A DNA stretch of 63,469 bases, filler included, from Octopus bimaculoides (GCF_001194135.2; 5 parts of 3 records of this genome joined end to end with filler, not necessarily neighbours in it), one strand, 5' to 3'. Counted from the whole stretch's first letter, positions 14,046 to 27,962 are shown. Program-made: numbers and translations. Notes: generated by a model not told the origin, from the sequence alone.

Positions 14046-14589
14046 TGTGTGTATAAAATATAAAGTCGAAAGATCATATTTTCAAAAATATACGACGTCG
14101 TTACCATCATAACGTTGCTAAGCAACAATGATTTTAACATAAGTCATATATCTCTCATTGTTGTTGTTGGTGTTGTTGGTAGTGCAGTTGGCTATGGTTT
14201 TGTTCGACCCGATCTCCCCTATTCAAATCGACGAGAAAACCCTCCAAGGGTTCATGAGGACAGCTCTTCTTCTCTCACTAAATCCGTGGCGGTAAACTTC
14301 TTAAACCATTGACTCTTTGATGGTATCGTTGAGAATTTATCAATTGAGATCATGTAAATTTCTAAATGAAATTTAGAAGTGTAATTAATAAGTAATTTCT
14401 TGATTTAAAAACGAATAATTTTGTCTTTCTTTTGTGTCATTACCGCGTTTGAATATTTTAATGAAAATTCATGAAAATATTTAACAAATTGATAAAAGAC
14501 AATAAAATTTCAGTGATATTCTATTGATACCGTCAGAATATTTAATATGAAATTTGTCTTTAGTGTATACTAATTGATATTTCATCAGC

Positions 14590-14790
14590 CTTTAAAGCGG
14601 TGAGTTGGTAAAATCGTTAACACGCCGGTCAAAATGCTTATCGGCCTTCCGTCCGTGTTTACTTTTCTAAGTACAAACGTCGCCGAGGTCGACTTTGCCT
14701 TTCAAGGTCGATGAAATAAATAGCGGCCGAACACTGAATTGAAAGTAATCTACTTGCCGATTCTTTGAAATTGCTGGCCTCGAGCTAAAA
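14590..14790 (+). mobile_element. Degraded family A SINE
   Basis: GCGGTGAGTTGGTAAAATCGTTA head and CGCCGAGGTCGACTTTGCCTTTCA core. Confidence 0.7.
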
Positions 14791-16547
14791 TTTGAGTCCA
14801 ATATTGCATCGGTATCTCACTGGAAATTAAATAGGGAATCTTGCAGATTCGGTTCGCTATAATTCAAGACATTTGATGCTTAAAATCGATTCAAGTAATA
14901 ATCAACCTCTTGGATAACCACATAGACTTCCAGGGAAACTATAGTGAGCCATTTCGCTACCGACCCCACAACTAAACAATGAAAAAGGAAGAACAAGAGG
15001 GCGTACCTTTTAATTGACTGTATGCAGTATGCGCAACAACGACACAACACTGAAGGAACCCCAGTCTATCTTGCTCTTATTGACATAACGACAGGTGCGT
15101 ACTACTCCGCGGTTGCAAGCGGGAGAAGCATTGTATAATTACAGATGTTAAGTTAGATTACACTGAAGAGATGATGTTTATTTCGGGACCGGCCTTGAAG
15201 TGTAATCTAAGTGTTAACACAAAATTTATGTCTCACCTGTATATTTAACAAGTCATTTGATTAAAAATGAACTGAATACGTAAGAAGCTAAGATATTTTT
15301 GCACTTAAGTAACTTCTTTTTAAACAGAAGTTAATAAAAAAAAACATAATAAATAGAAACGAACAAAAAGACTTAACAACAGTAATTTGGGAATTTTAAC
15401 GAAGTAATTAAATGATTACATTTTCTCACTTCAACTAAAATAACGAATAAAAATCATTAAAAAAAACATTTTAACAAGAATAAATTTATGAAAAAAGTCA
15501 AAGAAGTAGCTAATTCGGTCGAAATTTGAAACTACCAGCGTTAAATTAATTCCTTCGTGACTAGACAAGAAGAAACCTTTCGTTCTATCTCCCTTTCTCT
15601 CTCTTGTTACTTTATCCATGTATGTGTGTGTGTGTGTGTGTGTGTGTACGTATATATATATGTGTAAGTACATATATATATATATATATNNNNNNNNNNN
15701 NNNNNNNNNNNNNNNNNNNNNNNNNNNNNNNNNNNNNNNNNNNNNNNNNNNNNNNNNNNNNNNNNNNNNNNNNNNNNNNNNNNNNNNNNNNNNNNNNNNN
15801 NNNNNNNNNNNNNNNNNNNNNNNNNNNNNNNNNNNNNNNNNNNNNNNNNNNNNNNNNNNNNNNNNNNNNNNNNNNNNNNNNNNNNNNNNNNNNNNNNNNN
15901 NNNNNNNNNNNNNNNNNNNNNNNNNNNNNNNNNNNNNNNNNNNNNNNNNNNNNNNNNNNNNNNNNNNNNNNNNNNNNNNNNNNNNNNNNNNNNNNNNNNN
16001 NNNNNNNNNNNNNNNNNNNNNNNNNNNNNNNNNNNNNNNNNNNNNNNNNNNNNNNNNNNNNNNNNNNNNNNNNNNNNNNNNNNNNNNNNNNNNNNNNNNN
16101 NNNNNNNNNNNNNNNNNNNNNNNNNNNNNNNNNNNNNNNNNNNNNNNNNNNNNNNNNNNNNNNNNNNNNNNNNNNNNNNNNNNNNNNNNNNNNNNNNNNN
16201 NNNNNNNNNNNNNNNNNNNNNNNNNNNNNNNNNNNNNNNNNNNNNNNNNNNNNNNNNNNNNNNNNNNNNNNNNNNNNNNNNNNNNNNNNNNNNNNNNNNN
16301 NNNNNNNNNNNNNNNNNNNNNNNNNNNNNNNNNNNNNNNNNNNNNNNNNNNNNNNNNNNNNNNNNNNNNNNNNNNNNNNNNNNNNNNNNNNNNNNNNNNN
16401 NNNNNNNNNNNNNNNNNNNNNNNNNNNNNNNNNNNNNNNNNNNNNNNNNNNNNNNNNNNNNNNNNNNNNNNNNNNNNNNNNNNNNNNNNNNNNNNNNNNN
16501 NNNNNNNNNNNNNNNNNNNNNNNNNNNNNNNNNNNNNNNNNNNNNNN

Positions 16548-16578
<31 letters not shown>

Positions 16579-17060
16579 ATATGTATGTATATATATATGT
16601 ATGTATGTATATATGTATGTGTATGTGTGTGTGTCTTTCTCTTTGCGCTGCTTGTCCTCCATCACTAGTGTTCTCCACAAGCAGCGTTGGTTTCATTGTG
16701 TACCTGAACCTAGCAGTTCGGCAATAGAAACCGATAGGATAGATAGATAAATAGATAGATAGATAGATATAGTTATAGGTATAGATACACACTCACAGGT
16801 CCCTATGTATATCTCGGTACATGTCTCAAACGTAATACTTGGAAACTGAATACATTAACCGAAATCTACTGAGCACGATGGTTCAATGTTTGAAGCAGTT
16901 TGCACCGACGCATGCACCACCTGGTGGCATGCTTCAGAGGGAGGTTTTGTTGCCTGTTGTGCTTCCAGCCAGTTGAATGACCTCCACATGAAAAAGTAAC
17001 AACCACGACAAAATCGTAAATTAGCAAAGCAATTTAAAACTACAGAGAAAAAAAATGTCC

Positions 17061-17109
<49 letters not shown>

Positions 17110-17167
17110 TTAACAACAATAATACTGATGATAATAACAACTACAACAACCACAAGAATATTAATGC

Positions 17168-17209
<42 letters not shown>

Positions 17210-17405
17210 GCGAACTGCTCATTAACTTTGAAAATGACAAAAACAATATCAACAACAGTGACGTCGTCATGTAGGTGGTTGCAGAGAATGCTAGAAATAT
17301 CAGTTAAGTCTCACTGAAATCAGAAGCATCATTTTGTAATTGGAGCATAGTAAGGCTTCTGAAAAGCGTATAGCTGGTAGTTATAATTCAATATTCCTTG
17401 CTATA

Positions 17406-17585
17406 CATGTGAAGGCGCGTGGCTCAGCGATCAGGGTTCTCTACTCGAGATCGTACGATTGTAAGTTCGGTTCCCGGCAACGCATTTTGTCATTGAGGAA
17501 GGCACTTTATTTCGCATTCCTCCAGTCCACTCAGCTGTACCAGTAATTCAAAGGGGCCAGCCATCTCACATTCTGTATCGGACGT
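17406..17585 (+). mobile_element. tRNA-derived SINE, third family
   Basis: GTGAAGGCGCGTGGCTCAG head and GGCACTTTATTTC...CCAGTCCACTCAGCTG core, shared with 44500-44840 and 61065-61280. Confidence 0.65.
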
Positions 17586-19156
17586 GTTACGTACATTATT
17601 TTGTTATTATTATTATTATTATTAGTAGTAGTAGTAGTATTGCATCTCCTCCACCTCTTCCTCATCCTACTACTACTACTGCAGTTGCTGCTGCTGTTGA
17701 AGGTCAAGGTCAAAATTGTTAAGACTTAAGCTTAGATAATTAGAAACGTAACTAATTACCGTATGACATTTAATTAGTTTTTGCTCCTTGTTAATGTTGT
17801 TGCTGTTCTTCGGTTGGTGGTGGGGGGGTAATCCCGTAACTGAATAAATCGAACAGATTTTCGATCAATCAAAATCATTCCAGACACGAACATCTCTCCT
17901 AACATAATGTTGCTAAACAAACATCGACCTCGTTTATATCTACATGTCAGTTAACATAGGTTTTCAAGGACAGTTTGGCTGCTATTTCTGCCACTTTACT
18001 CAACCACATATTAGCTCCCTCTCTGTCTCGTTTATCCATATCTCTCTTTCTCTCTCTATTCCCTTTCTATTTCCCCTTCTTTCCCTCTCTCTCCCCTCTA
18101 CTTTTTTTTAAACTTTGACATTTCAATTGAATCGTCTTTAAAATTCTATTTCCAGTACCAAACTTTCCCAATATTTTCCTTTAAATCTTCTCCTGCACCT
18201 CTTACCTCTTACTGCACCTCTTTCTGCTGCTGTTGCTTCTGTTTATATTAGTGTTCTTGTTGTTGTTGCAGTTTTTTTCAGCTTCTCTTTATATTTACTA
18301 TTTTACATTGTAATCTTTTCCCTCCACACCTTTTTTGTTCTCCTTGTTTTACTTCTTCATTATCATCATCATCATCATCAATTTCAACACCACCATCGTG
18401 TTCCTCAGTATATTCTTCTCCATCATCTCCATCATCATCATCCACATCATCGTCAACAACTTTTTCTCCCTTTTCTTCTTCTTCATCATTTCCACCACCA
18501 CCACCACCAACACCAACACCATCATCATCATAATTATCATGTACTCATCCTCATCCTAGTTTTGACATCTTCTAGTCACCTTTAATTATTTACCATTTAA
18601 GATTCACAGAAAAAATGTTATCCGTTCGTGACCTATTAGAAATAGTAGTGCAATCTCCCTCATATCTTACTCTGCTATTCTCTCAAAGGAATTGACTCTC
18701 TAGATAATGACATACTATCTGTCGTTAAACAGCCGGGATGGTCATGGACAGAACGTCTTTGATCATATGCTTTGTCAATCCGCATTCACCAGGGCCCCAG
18801 CAACCCCCAAATAACTAAGTAGTGGTGGCAGAAGCAGCAGCAGTATTAGTGATATGAGAGGAAGAAGAAATGGCGCTAGGCATTTATTTCCAACGCTCTA
18901 CCGATTCTATACCTTCTGACACAGCATAAAGCTAGGAATTTGGGAGAAGGGTATCGATCATAATATTTTACTGGCACATTATTTAATCGATGCTGTGCGA
19001 ATAAATGGCTAACTTTGTTCTGGTCAGATTTGAACGCATAACATAAGGAATTGGAACAAATACAAGTGAGCAGTTTCTCTGGCACTCTAACACTTCTACT
19101 ATTTCACCGCCTGTATTTTACTAAAAGAAAAGAAATTTTTTAAATAAATGTAGATA

Positions 19157-19280
19157 CAAGGCGGTGAGTTAGCAGAACCGTTAGCACACCGGGCAAAATG
19201 CTTAACGGCATTTCGTCGGTTTTTACATTCTGAGTTCAAATCCCACCGAAGTTGACTTAGTTTCGCATTCATTCGAGGTC
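19157..19280 (+). mobile_element. Partial family A SINE
   Basis: AAGGCGGTGAGTTAGCAGAACCGTTAGCACACCGGGC...GAGTTCAAATCCCACCGAAGTTGAC. Confidence 0.7.
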
Positions 19281-19292
19281 TTTGACTTTGTA

Positions 19293-19517
19293 GTGAAAAA
19301 GTGGCTCAAAGAACAGTCAACAGAATTTTACGGGGCAGGGATACATGCTCTCATTCGAAGGTGGGCCATTGCTATTGAGAGAAACGGTGACTATGTTGAG
19401 GAGTAAGGATGTGATCCACAGAGGACCAGCTTCATTTTGATGTATGATACATGTTCCTGTGTTGTTAATTATACTTGTCCTAAACAAAATGGCATCACTT
19501 TTTGACTCACCTTCGTA
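19293..19517 (+). mobile_element. Mariner transposon 3' end remnant
   Basis: Translates VKKWLKEQSTEFYGAGIHALIRRWAIAIERNGDYVEE*, the typical mariner C-terminus. Ends in a TIR-like CACTTTTTGACTCACCTTCG followed by TA. Confidence 0.8.
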
Positions 19518-19673
19518 TGTAGGAATGCGAAACAATTATTTATCAAAGACTGAAATTTTAAACTAAAATGTAAAAAGGAGAGAAAAGGGAGAATATTGTA
19601 TGAATTCTATTAAGATAGCAAAAGTCAATGGTATATCTACATGTTTGTGTTTGTGTGAGTGTATACGCTTATA

Positions 19674-19736
<63 letters not shown>

Positions 19737-20082
19737 ACACACAGACGCATACACAAACACACACAATACCAAATCTCAATGGAACTGTTCCGATGAGAAA
19801 ACCAGATTCATAAAACAAGGAGTTACAATGATGAATTAACAAAGTATTATTCTATGACATTTATAATTTATGAGTTTGAAAAAAAAAAGGCAGCAACAAA
19901 AACTACAAAAAGAAACAAAAAAAAATATAATGAAATAACCGGATTCTGTAAGCATCAACATCATCACTATCACCATCGCTGCCAGTAACATCGAAAACAC
20001 CAACACCATCACGGACGAGAAATCTATAAAAATCATCTTTCATTTCAAACGCTATTCTCTGAACAATTCAAATACATTATTA

Positions 20083-20155
<73 letters not shown>

Positions 20156-20533
20156 CATTATTATTATTGTTATTATTGTTATTATTATTATTTTCATCAT
20201 CATCATTATTATCGTCTTCATCATCATTTATCCCACACTGTTTTGTATCAGTTAGCAAAAGTTAGTTTCCTTTTAAATTATAATTGAATTCAAAGATGTC
20301 GTAAAAGATCCAGCAAGTATTTCTAAATATCTCAATTTAATTAAATTTTCTTCTTCAAAAATGACCTCGCCTTGCAATATTACGTTGTAATTTGTTATTT
20401 TAGTATATTCTCTGTATATTTTTCAGTTCTGTTACGTTTTGTCATATGGCATGTTATTGTATTTTATCTGTGTTTACTTTTCTATTCTTTACCATCCATA
20501 TTAAAATCAATAATAATAATAACAATAACGACG

Positions 20534-20576
<43 letters not shown>

Positions 20577-20707
20577 CAACAACAATAATATTGTTGTTTC
20601 TGTCACAGTTATTATTATGATTATTATTATTGTTATTACCATCATCATCATCATCATTTACAATTATTATTATTGCTATTATTATTATAATTATTATTAT
20701 TATTATT

Positions 20708-20768
<61 letters not shown>

Positions 20769-21154
20769 GCAATAATGATAATAACAACAACAACATCAAC
20801 AAATGTAATATATCAATAATTGAATATAAATTGTACTGTCAACGAAAATTTCAGTTGTTTAGGATTACAATGTGAAAAATACAGCTGCTGTTTTGTTTTT
20901 TTTACTTAACTTGTCCTGAACATTGATTGCGTTGTTGTTTTTACAATCTGAAGCAATAATACGCACTCAGTGCTGTCTTCGTCTCTCGCTGATTACGAAA
21001 CAGAGTTCTCTCAAGCAGATATCCCATTTTATCAAATAAAAATTCTATGATTGCTGAACATAATTTTTCATGCCTTACAGCTTTATGTTTTCTAGATTAT
21101 TGAGCCAGAGTTCAGTTCTAAAATTAAGGCCGTTCGATTTCTGCTTTCCACTAT

Positions 21155-21319
21155 TTTAGAATTATAAACTCTCAGCACTGTGTTTAGAATTATACACTCT
21201 AAGCACTGTGTTTAGAATTATACACTCTCAACACTGTGTTTAGAATTATAAACTCTCAGCACTGTGTTTAGAATTATACACTCTCAGCACTGTGTTTAGA
21301 ATTATACACTCTCAGCACT
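21155..21319. repeat. 28-bp tandem repeat, about 6 copies
   Basis: Unit TTTAGAATTATACACTCTCAGCACTGTG with single-base variants, read directly. Confidence 0.95.
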
Positions 21320-22344
21320 CTGAAACGTGTTTATCACATAACATGTAAATCACATCCACAGACATGATGGATTAGAAAAGAATGATTATATCGAGAGCCA
21401 TGCCTTATTGTTGTGTATTCTACATCAAATCCGGAAGGATGAAACACGAAAGAATGTTGTTTACATTGAGATTCGAACATGGAGCATAAAGAGTCGCAAA
21501 TATGTATTGTCAAGCAGAAACCATTTGCTATATTATTTCTGTTAAATATTCCCTTTCCTTGCTTCGTTGCAATAATTTATTGTTTGATGTGCAATAAATG
21601 GACGTGGGAATGAGATTTTGGACCTCACACCATAAAAACGCGGCCAACACTATTAGTTTCTGAGAGTTTTTCCCAACGATCAAATTAATTAACATAAAAA
21701 GCTTACTTTTGCGATTCTGCTGAGTTGAATATGGAAAGATATTCAACATATCTATTGTCTGGTTGGTTAACGAAGGAACATCGCAACAGAAACGCGAAAA
21801 GATGAAAATAAAAATCGTTATTTCTTACATGGCATCATATACTATGAAATTTTCGATATCTTTCGCGGAGCTTCTTTCTATAACTGATTTAATTATGAAC
21901 TCATTATTTAATAATGTCTATACACGCCAGGAATAGCTGATTCTGTAAGATAAAATAACAGGTAAGCAAGAATCAAAGAGACGTGTAGATGTCTCTATTC
22001 TCTCAACGGTTCTATGAAAATTACAGGTTGATGTTAACCGTTCATAAACACACATAAACTAACTTCACACAAATATTTATTTTTTGGTAATATTTCCTTC
22101 ACACCAACTGCAACCTGGTCACTTCAGTTGTTCCAATATAAGCGTGGGATGAGGCTGTTAGTCTATTTATATCATGTTATATTTCTTGCCTTTGACTAGT
22201 TTTTTGTCATTAGCCTAGGGTTAGGCAGGGGCACCGCCCTAAAGTGTATTTAGCCGAATGAGTTGACCTTAGAGATTTAATATTTTGAAGTTTTGCACTT
22301 ATTCTATCAAACAGACGCTGAGGTAACGACATCTGCTGCACTTC

Positions 22345-22975
22345 TTGGACAGTGAGCAGAGGTGGTTGCCGTTTGTCAGACAGGATTTTTCATAGATTGT
22401 CTATTTGACTGAACATCAATCATGGATCAAACGTAGACCGAGGCAGGGTGCCTGGCGCCTAGAATATCGTAAAGCGCTCACAGTACGCTGTCAGACGGGC
22501 AATGCTGTCGGTGGGAGTTCTATTTTGACGTTCTATAGATGGTTAGTTGCGGGCAAGTGCAACGACGCTCTCTGCGAAACGAGAAGCAACTGGCTGGTCT
22601 GTTCCGAAGGACTTCCGGTTCGGTATCCATGGATAACTTCCAGAAATCCCTGGTCTGGGAATACTACTTGGGAGCATTGCCGGTTCGGGATAAACTCTAC
22701 AGGCATAGAAGCACCATCAGCCGGGCTTATCCGAATTGCGCACAGAGCGAGGAATTTTATTGAAAGGTGGGTGAATGTCTCAAAAATGGTTCGAGTGAAC
22801 AGGCCAATTCTAAGCATGCACCTGTAGGCTAAAAGAAAACAATATGGACAGGGCGTTTGCACTAGTGGTCGAAGTGACCTTGATTTGGCGGGGTCTCCAC
22901 GAGAAATCCTAGGAAGTTTCCCTCTTTTATGGAAATTTTTTGTTGTTAAATATGATTTTATCATCTTATTCACTG
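22345..22975 (+). mobile_element. Tx1/L1-like LINE 3' fragment (zf-RVT region and ORF2 C-terminus), rearranged or deleted
   Basis: Reads FQKSLVWEYYLGALPVRDKLYRH...YPNCAQSEE (zf-RVT-like LP.R..L...CP.C...E) and FIERWVNVSKMVRVNRPILSMHL*. Confidence 0.7.
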
Positions 22976-23526
22976 TTCATACGCTTCTATTCATGAAACC
23001 CCACATACTATTGTCCTGTACCATCCCCAATGTACTTCCGTAAATCCTGAGTGGTGAATAAAGAAAACATTATCATAGCATCTACTACTATCATTGCCAT
23101 TATCGTTATTTTTATTACTAGCGCTATTACCATTATTGTTACTGCTGTTGCTGTTGTTGTTGTTGTTGTTATAAGTATTGGTTCGGGTCTCGTTCAGGAA
23201 AACAGATAATATTTAAGGTTTCAAATATCAGCAAATCGTAAGCGAAATCTACACAATCGCGATATTACATTAGCAAAACGATTTCTTGGCATCCAACTTA
23301 CTCTCCTTACACACACACACACACGAAACCCCCGCTGCAATGACAATGACCAAACCTTCTCCTTAAAGGTTCTTCGATGTCCTTGTACGTACTTATGTTT
23401 CATCTATGTTTATAACTAACGAAATAAGTGCATCACAGTTTCAAGGGCTTCAATAACGATAAGGAAACGTAGCGAAATATCCCAAAATATCAGAGAATTA
23501 TTGGACGATTCAAGTATCAGTCTGAC

Positions 23527-23576
<50 letters not shown>

Positions 23577-23628
23577 ATCTATCGNNNNNNNNNNNNNNNN
23601 NNNNNNNNNNNNNNNNNNNNNNNNNNNN

Positions 23629-23640
23629 TTAATTAATTAA
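23629..23640. other. Assembly spacer TTAATTAATTAA between N runs (also 43882-43893, 56748-56759, 60716-60727)
   Basis: Identical 12-mer with stops in all six frames, each time flanked on both sides by similar-length N runs. Confidence 0.9.
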
Positions 23641-24119
23641 NNNNNNNNNNNNNNNNNNNNNNNNNNNNNNNNNNNNNNNNNNNNATATATATATATATAT
23701 ATATATATAAACTTACATGGAAATGGATGCGTGGTGTCCAGTTAGATAATACTATGAATAATATATATATATGTATACAAATTAAATTTGTATACATAAA
23801 TTAAACTTGTACCATGGAGGAATGTAGTGGCGGAGAGAAAACAAGAAAGGAAAACAAACGGAAATGGCTATACGGCTAGACGTGAAAAATTATGTGTATA
23901 TTGAACGCACACATACATAATCACACACACATATACATATAAGTAAAGCTGCTAAGTAGCCTTGCCACGTATGGGATATGACGATCGACTCTGCGTTACA
24001 TACAATGAAGTGCAAAATCAAGGATAAATCCGTGCCAAAAGCAAGCGAATCTAAGAGATGCAACTCATGCGTAGCTGAAAGATGGCTCGTTAATTTTAGA
24101 TCCAAGTATTTGACCATAC

Positions 24120-24420
24120 AATTGTACTTCCAGATCCGAAATGTTCAGCAAATGCAAGCATATGGACAAATTTCTTTTGTCGATCTGGAGGACACCACCC
24201 TCTCTGGACTGAGCAGAAGACTTGCAGTCTTTGGGCTCCTCTATGTTGAATTATTCTACCCAGCCAGCTTAATTATGATTCCAATGGTCAAAGGGGACGA
24301 AACTCCCATTCCACTTTTTGCATGTACCTTCTGGTTTTTTTCTGAGTCTTCGCATGTACAATCGTCCTGTTTTCCGAATGGGACAAACCATGTGCGCAGA
24401 GCCTTAAAACGCCTTGGTGA
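24120..24420 (-). mobile_element. RTE-like LINE C-terminal fossil
   Basis: Minus strand reads LSWLGRII...QRGWCPPDRQKK, resembling the RTE tail motif L.W.GHV.R...GRP.K. Frameshifts and stops are present. Confidence 0.45.
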
Positions 24421-24544
24421 CACAAAGCACTTTGTAAAAAATCTGCCTAACCACGTGTCTCAATAGCAAGAAATTATTTGTAGCTCTTATTTTACTACCG
24501 TGTGAATTAAAGGAAAATACACAAGACATTTTCTGTGGGAGACT

Positions 24545-24695
24545 ATGTGCTCAACTGACACTTATTTTATCGATCCCGAAAAGATGAAAGGCAAAGTCGA
24601 CCTAGGCAGATTTTGAACTCAAGACTTGAAGACGGACGAAATGCCGCTAAGCATTTTTTTCCAGCGTGCTAACAATTCTGCCAGCTCACCGCCTA
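24545..24695 (-). mobile_element. Family A SINE
   Basis: Reverse complement of head and core (AAAGGCAAAGTCGACCTAGGC...GCCAGCTCACCGCC). Confidence 0.8.
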
Positions 24696-24825
24696 ATTTA
24701 CATTTGGAACCTCTTTATTTTTGCATTAAAATAAAAAAAACCTAAATCTTAGAATGAAAAATCTTGGAGAGGTTGAGGTTTGAACTAAGGCGTTTCAAAT
24801 ACAAGACAAACGCACTACTATTACG

Positions 24826-24878
<53 letters not shown>

Positions 24879-25564
24879 CACACGTGCGCTATTAGTAATA
24901 AATAATGCGGAACAGCAGCTACTAAGCTCTGGCTAGATCTGTTTACTTCTCTCAGAAAGAGGTGGTGGTGTTTAACCCCAGGCTTGTTACCCTGTTAGAG
25001 CACAGTATAATCAAATGAATTCCAACTGTGAGCATAACATCGCTTTTTCCCCATTCGCAAATGGAAAAAGATTACATTTTCCATTTTTTTTTTCTTTTCA
25101 TTCAGCTGTTAGTATTGAGGAAACTTTGGCTATTNNNNNNNNNNNNNNNNNNNNNNNNNNNNNNNNNNNNNNNNNNNNNNNNNNNNNNNNNNNNNNNNNN
25201 NNNNNNNNNNNNNNNNNNNNNNNNNNNNNNNNNNNNNNNNNNNNNNNNNNNNNNNNNNNNNNNNNNNNNNNNNNNNNNNNNNNNNNNNNNNNNNNNNNNN
25301 NNNNNNNNNNNNNNNNNNNNNNNNNNNNNNNNNNNNNNNNNNNNNNNNNNNNNNNNNNNNNNNNNNNNNNNNNNNNNNNNNNNNNNNNNNNNNNNNNNNN
25401 NNTGGTGGTGGTGGTGGTGGTGGTGGTGGTGGTGGTGGTGTCGAGGTGCTGGATAAGTCGGGACATATGGCAAACGTTATTGATGTCAACACTCATCGAC
25501 AGAGTTTTAGATAGTTCAATTAGCAAAGACAGCGGCTTTAGTGATAGTAGTAATAATGGTGTTG

Positions 25565-25616
<52 letters not shown>

Positions 25617-25660
25617 AAGTAGTAGTAGTAGTAGTAGCAGCAGTAGCAGCTGTATTAATT

Positions 25661-25700
<40 letters not shown>

Positions 25701-25974
25701 AGGTAGTGATGATTGTGTTAGTACTATGAGTAGTAGACATGCTGTTTATTACTATGACTGCCCTGTCTTGTCCTGACCGAACAAACCTGTTCTCCAGCCG
25801 TGACCATCACGTCGTTTTCTTTTACATTTCCGTGGAACACTGCCCCCCCCACAAATACCATAATGTCCAAACTACCGTTTTTTATTTATTTATATTTTTT
25901 AATATTTTTTCTTCAACACTTGGGGGGGGGGCGTGGTGGGATTCCAGGGAGATTTGGTTGTTATTTTTAGCAGG

Positions 25975-26364
25975 TTAAACAACCACGTCGACTCTTCCTT
26001 GTTGGTTGGTCATTCTAGAATTAGCAGCAGTAAAACAGCAGCGACAGTAATCAGCCGCAGTAGAGAACGTAGTAGAGGAAGCAGTAGAAGCAGAGGTTAG
26101 AGTAGCAGTAAGGGAAGGTGTTGTAGCAACGATGCTAGAAGCAGTAGTTGTAGCATGAAGAGCAGAATAGGTAATACAGGTGTTGTTGTTGTTGTTGCTG
26201 CTGTTGTAGGTGGTGGCGTTGGTGGCGTTGGAGGTGTTGGTGTGTTTCCGCGGTAGACTTGATAGCGAATGACGGACAATCTGGCTTTTCTTAACTGACA
26301 GTATGTTTGCCGCCTGGTGGTGGTGGTTGTGGTGGTGGTTTGTTGGGGGTGGAGAGAGGAAGCT
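25975..26364 (-). CDS. Predicted terminal coding exon of an unidentified minus-strand gene
   Basis: Acceptor ttgttttgcaag|AGC, phase 0, 129 codons then TAA. Reads SFLSPPPTNHHHNHHHQAANILSVKKSQIVRHSLSSLPRKH...YCRCCFTAANSRMTNQQGRVDVVV*. The phase matches the 53-nt exon at 31637-31689. Two other frames are also partly open. Confidence 0.5.
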   Translation of the reverse strand, partial: SFLSPPPTNHHHNHHHQAANILSVKKSQIVRHSLSSLPRKHTNTSNATNATTYNSSNNNNNTCITYSALHATTTASSIVATTPSLTATLTSASTASSTTFSTAADYCRCCFTAANSRMTNQQGRVDVVV

Positions 26365-26665
26365 CTTGCAAAACAACGTCCACAACATCAACATCAACAG
26401 TACTAACAACAAAAAAACAACAACAACAAGAAAAATAATGGCAAGAATGGTAACCCGGAGAAATACACACACACACACTTAGATGCACAAACACACACAC
26501 ACATACGCACACACAGCCCACCCCCACATCACCGACGCGCGTACATCACCGTATAGACTTCGTCTTCTGGCATATCTGTACGTATATATATATATATATG
26601 TGTGTGTGTATGTGTGTGTGTTTGCGTGTGTGTGTGAGTGTGTGTGTGTGTGTACGTGTGCGCAT

Positions 26666-26714
<49 letters not shown>

Positions 26715-27962
26715 GTATATAGTCACTGCAAGAATATATAACCCTCATAAAGCGACGATTTTATTACACTAGCTTAATATCTTATACCGTTAAGTATATC
26801 TTCAATAGAAACAGGTATATTATAAATATCAAATATCTGAAACTAAGAAAATGGAGAATTTAATGGATATAAATTAATTCATTAACATATTGTTAATTAT
26901 ACACTGAATCTCAATGCAAATTACAAACCTATAGAATAAAGTAAGTTTGCTTTTTGAAGATTTAGATTAAAATGTCATCAGGGCAAATGAACATGAAAGA
27001 AGCTACATGCTGATCAATTGAGATTCTCCGATAGAGAACTCTTGGTTTATATTAATGTTTTAACAAAAGCGGAGAGGTGCCCAATGTTTTTTATAGCGAC
27101 CATCACTTAAAGCATGCGCGTAAGTGTAATAATTTAACGTCTGCTCGCTTAGAAAATGAATATTTGTTTATAAGGGTTAATTTAGCCTAAACTCTGGATT
27201 CACAAGAAACACGATCTATCTTCATCGAATTTCTCTATGAAACTTCGGACCACCAAAGTGTAGTGTTTATTCGATGGAAGTGTGAAAGTGAATCAAAATG
27301 AGGATGTCGTACAAGAATAGATGCTATTAAAGCAAGAGGCTGAAATTAGAAAGGAGTACGCAGATGTGTGAGAGGGGTGAATGGATTCGAATATTAAAAT
27401 GATAAGAGGTCAGTCTGTTCGAGTTAGAAAGAAATTACGTATTTTTAAAGACTAACAGAACAGCTAGTAATAAACAGCTTTTCTACTGGTAAAATGACAT
27501 TAGCCTTCGATCTCTATTATTGTAACTTTTGCATCATTTTCATATATGTCCATTTTTCATATGACAGAATGAGCTTTATCACAGAAGATCTGCCACATTA
27601 TCGCATAACAGGACACAGAAACCTAATTTTCCCTCAGGATGCATAATTTTATTTCTAAGTGAGTATAATATTCGAGACGAATTTTAAAATTTTGTTTGAT
27701 GGATAGAAAAATGTCGTCCATTCACGATATTCATCCGTACGGAAATGAAATTCAAAGATAGCAGAAGTGAATACTGACAGTCACTCGCTCACATCAGATT
27801 TCGTCCGTTATACGATATAACGAGGGTTGAGGGTTCACTGTATTGATGTATGTAATATTGTGAACGTATGTATATGTACACACTTTGTGTATGTGTAAAT
27901 ATATCAGTGTGCATGTATATATGTATGTATGTACGCATGCATGTATATATATATAAACACAT

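Noticed and set aside
21155-21319. CRISPR-like appearance of the 28-bp (and 22-bp) arrays
   Set aside because: Units are head-to-tail with no unique spacers, the context is eukaryotic, and there are no cas genes.
22533-22973. 146-aa - strand ORF
   Set aside because: It is antisense to the Tx1/L1-like fragment.
23978-24466. 162-aa + strand ORF
   Set aside because: No recognisable domain; the opposite strand resembles a decayed RTE LINE tail.
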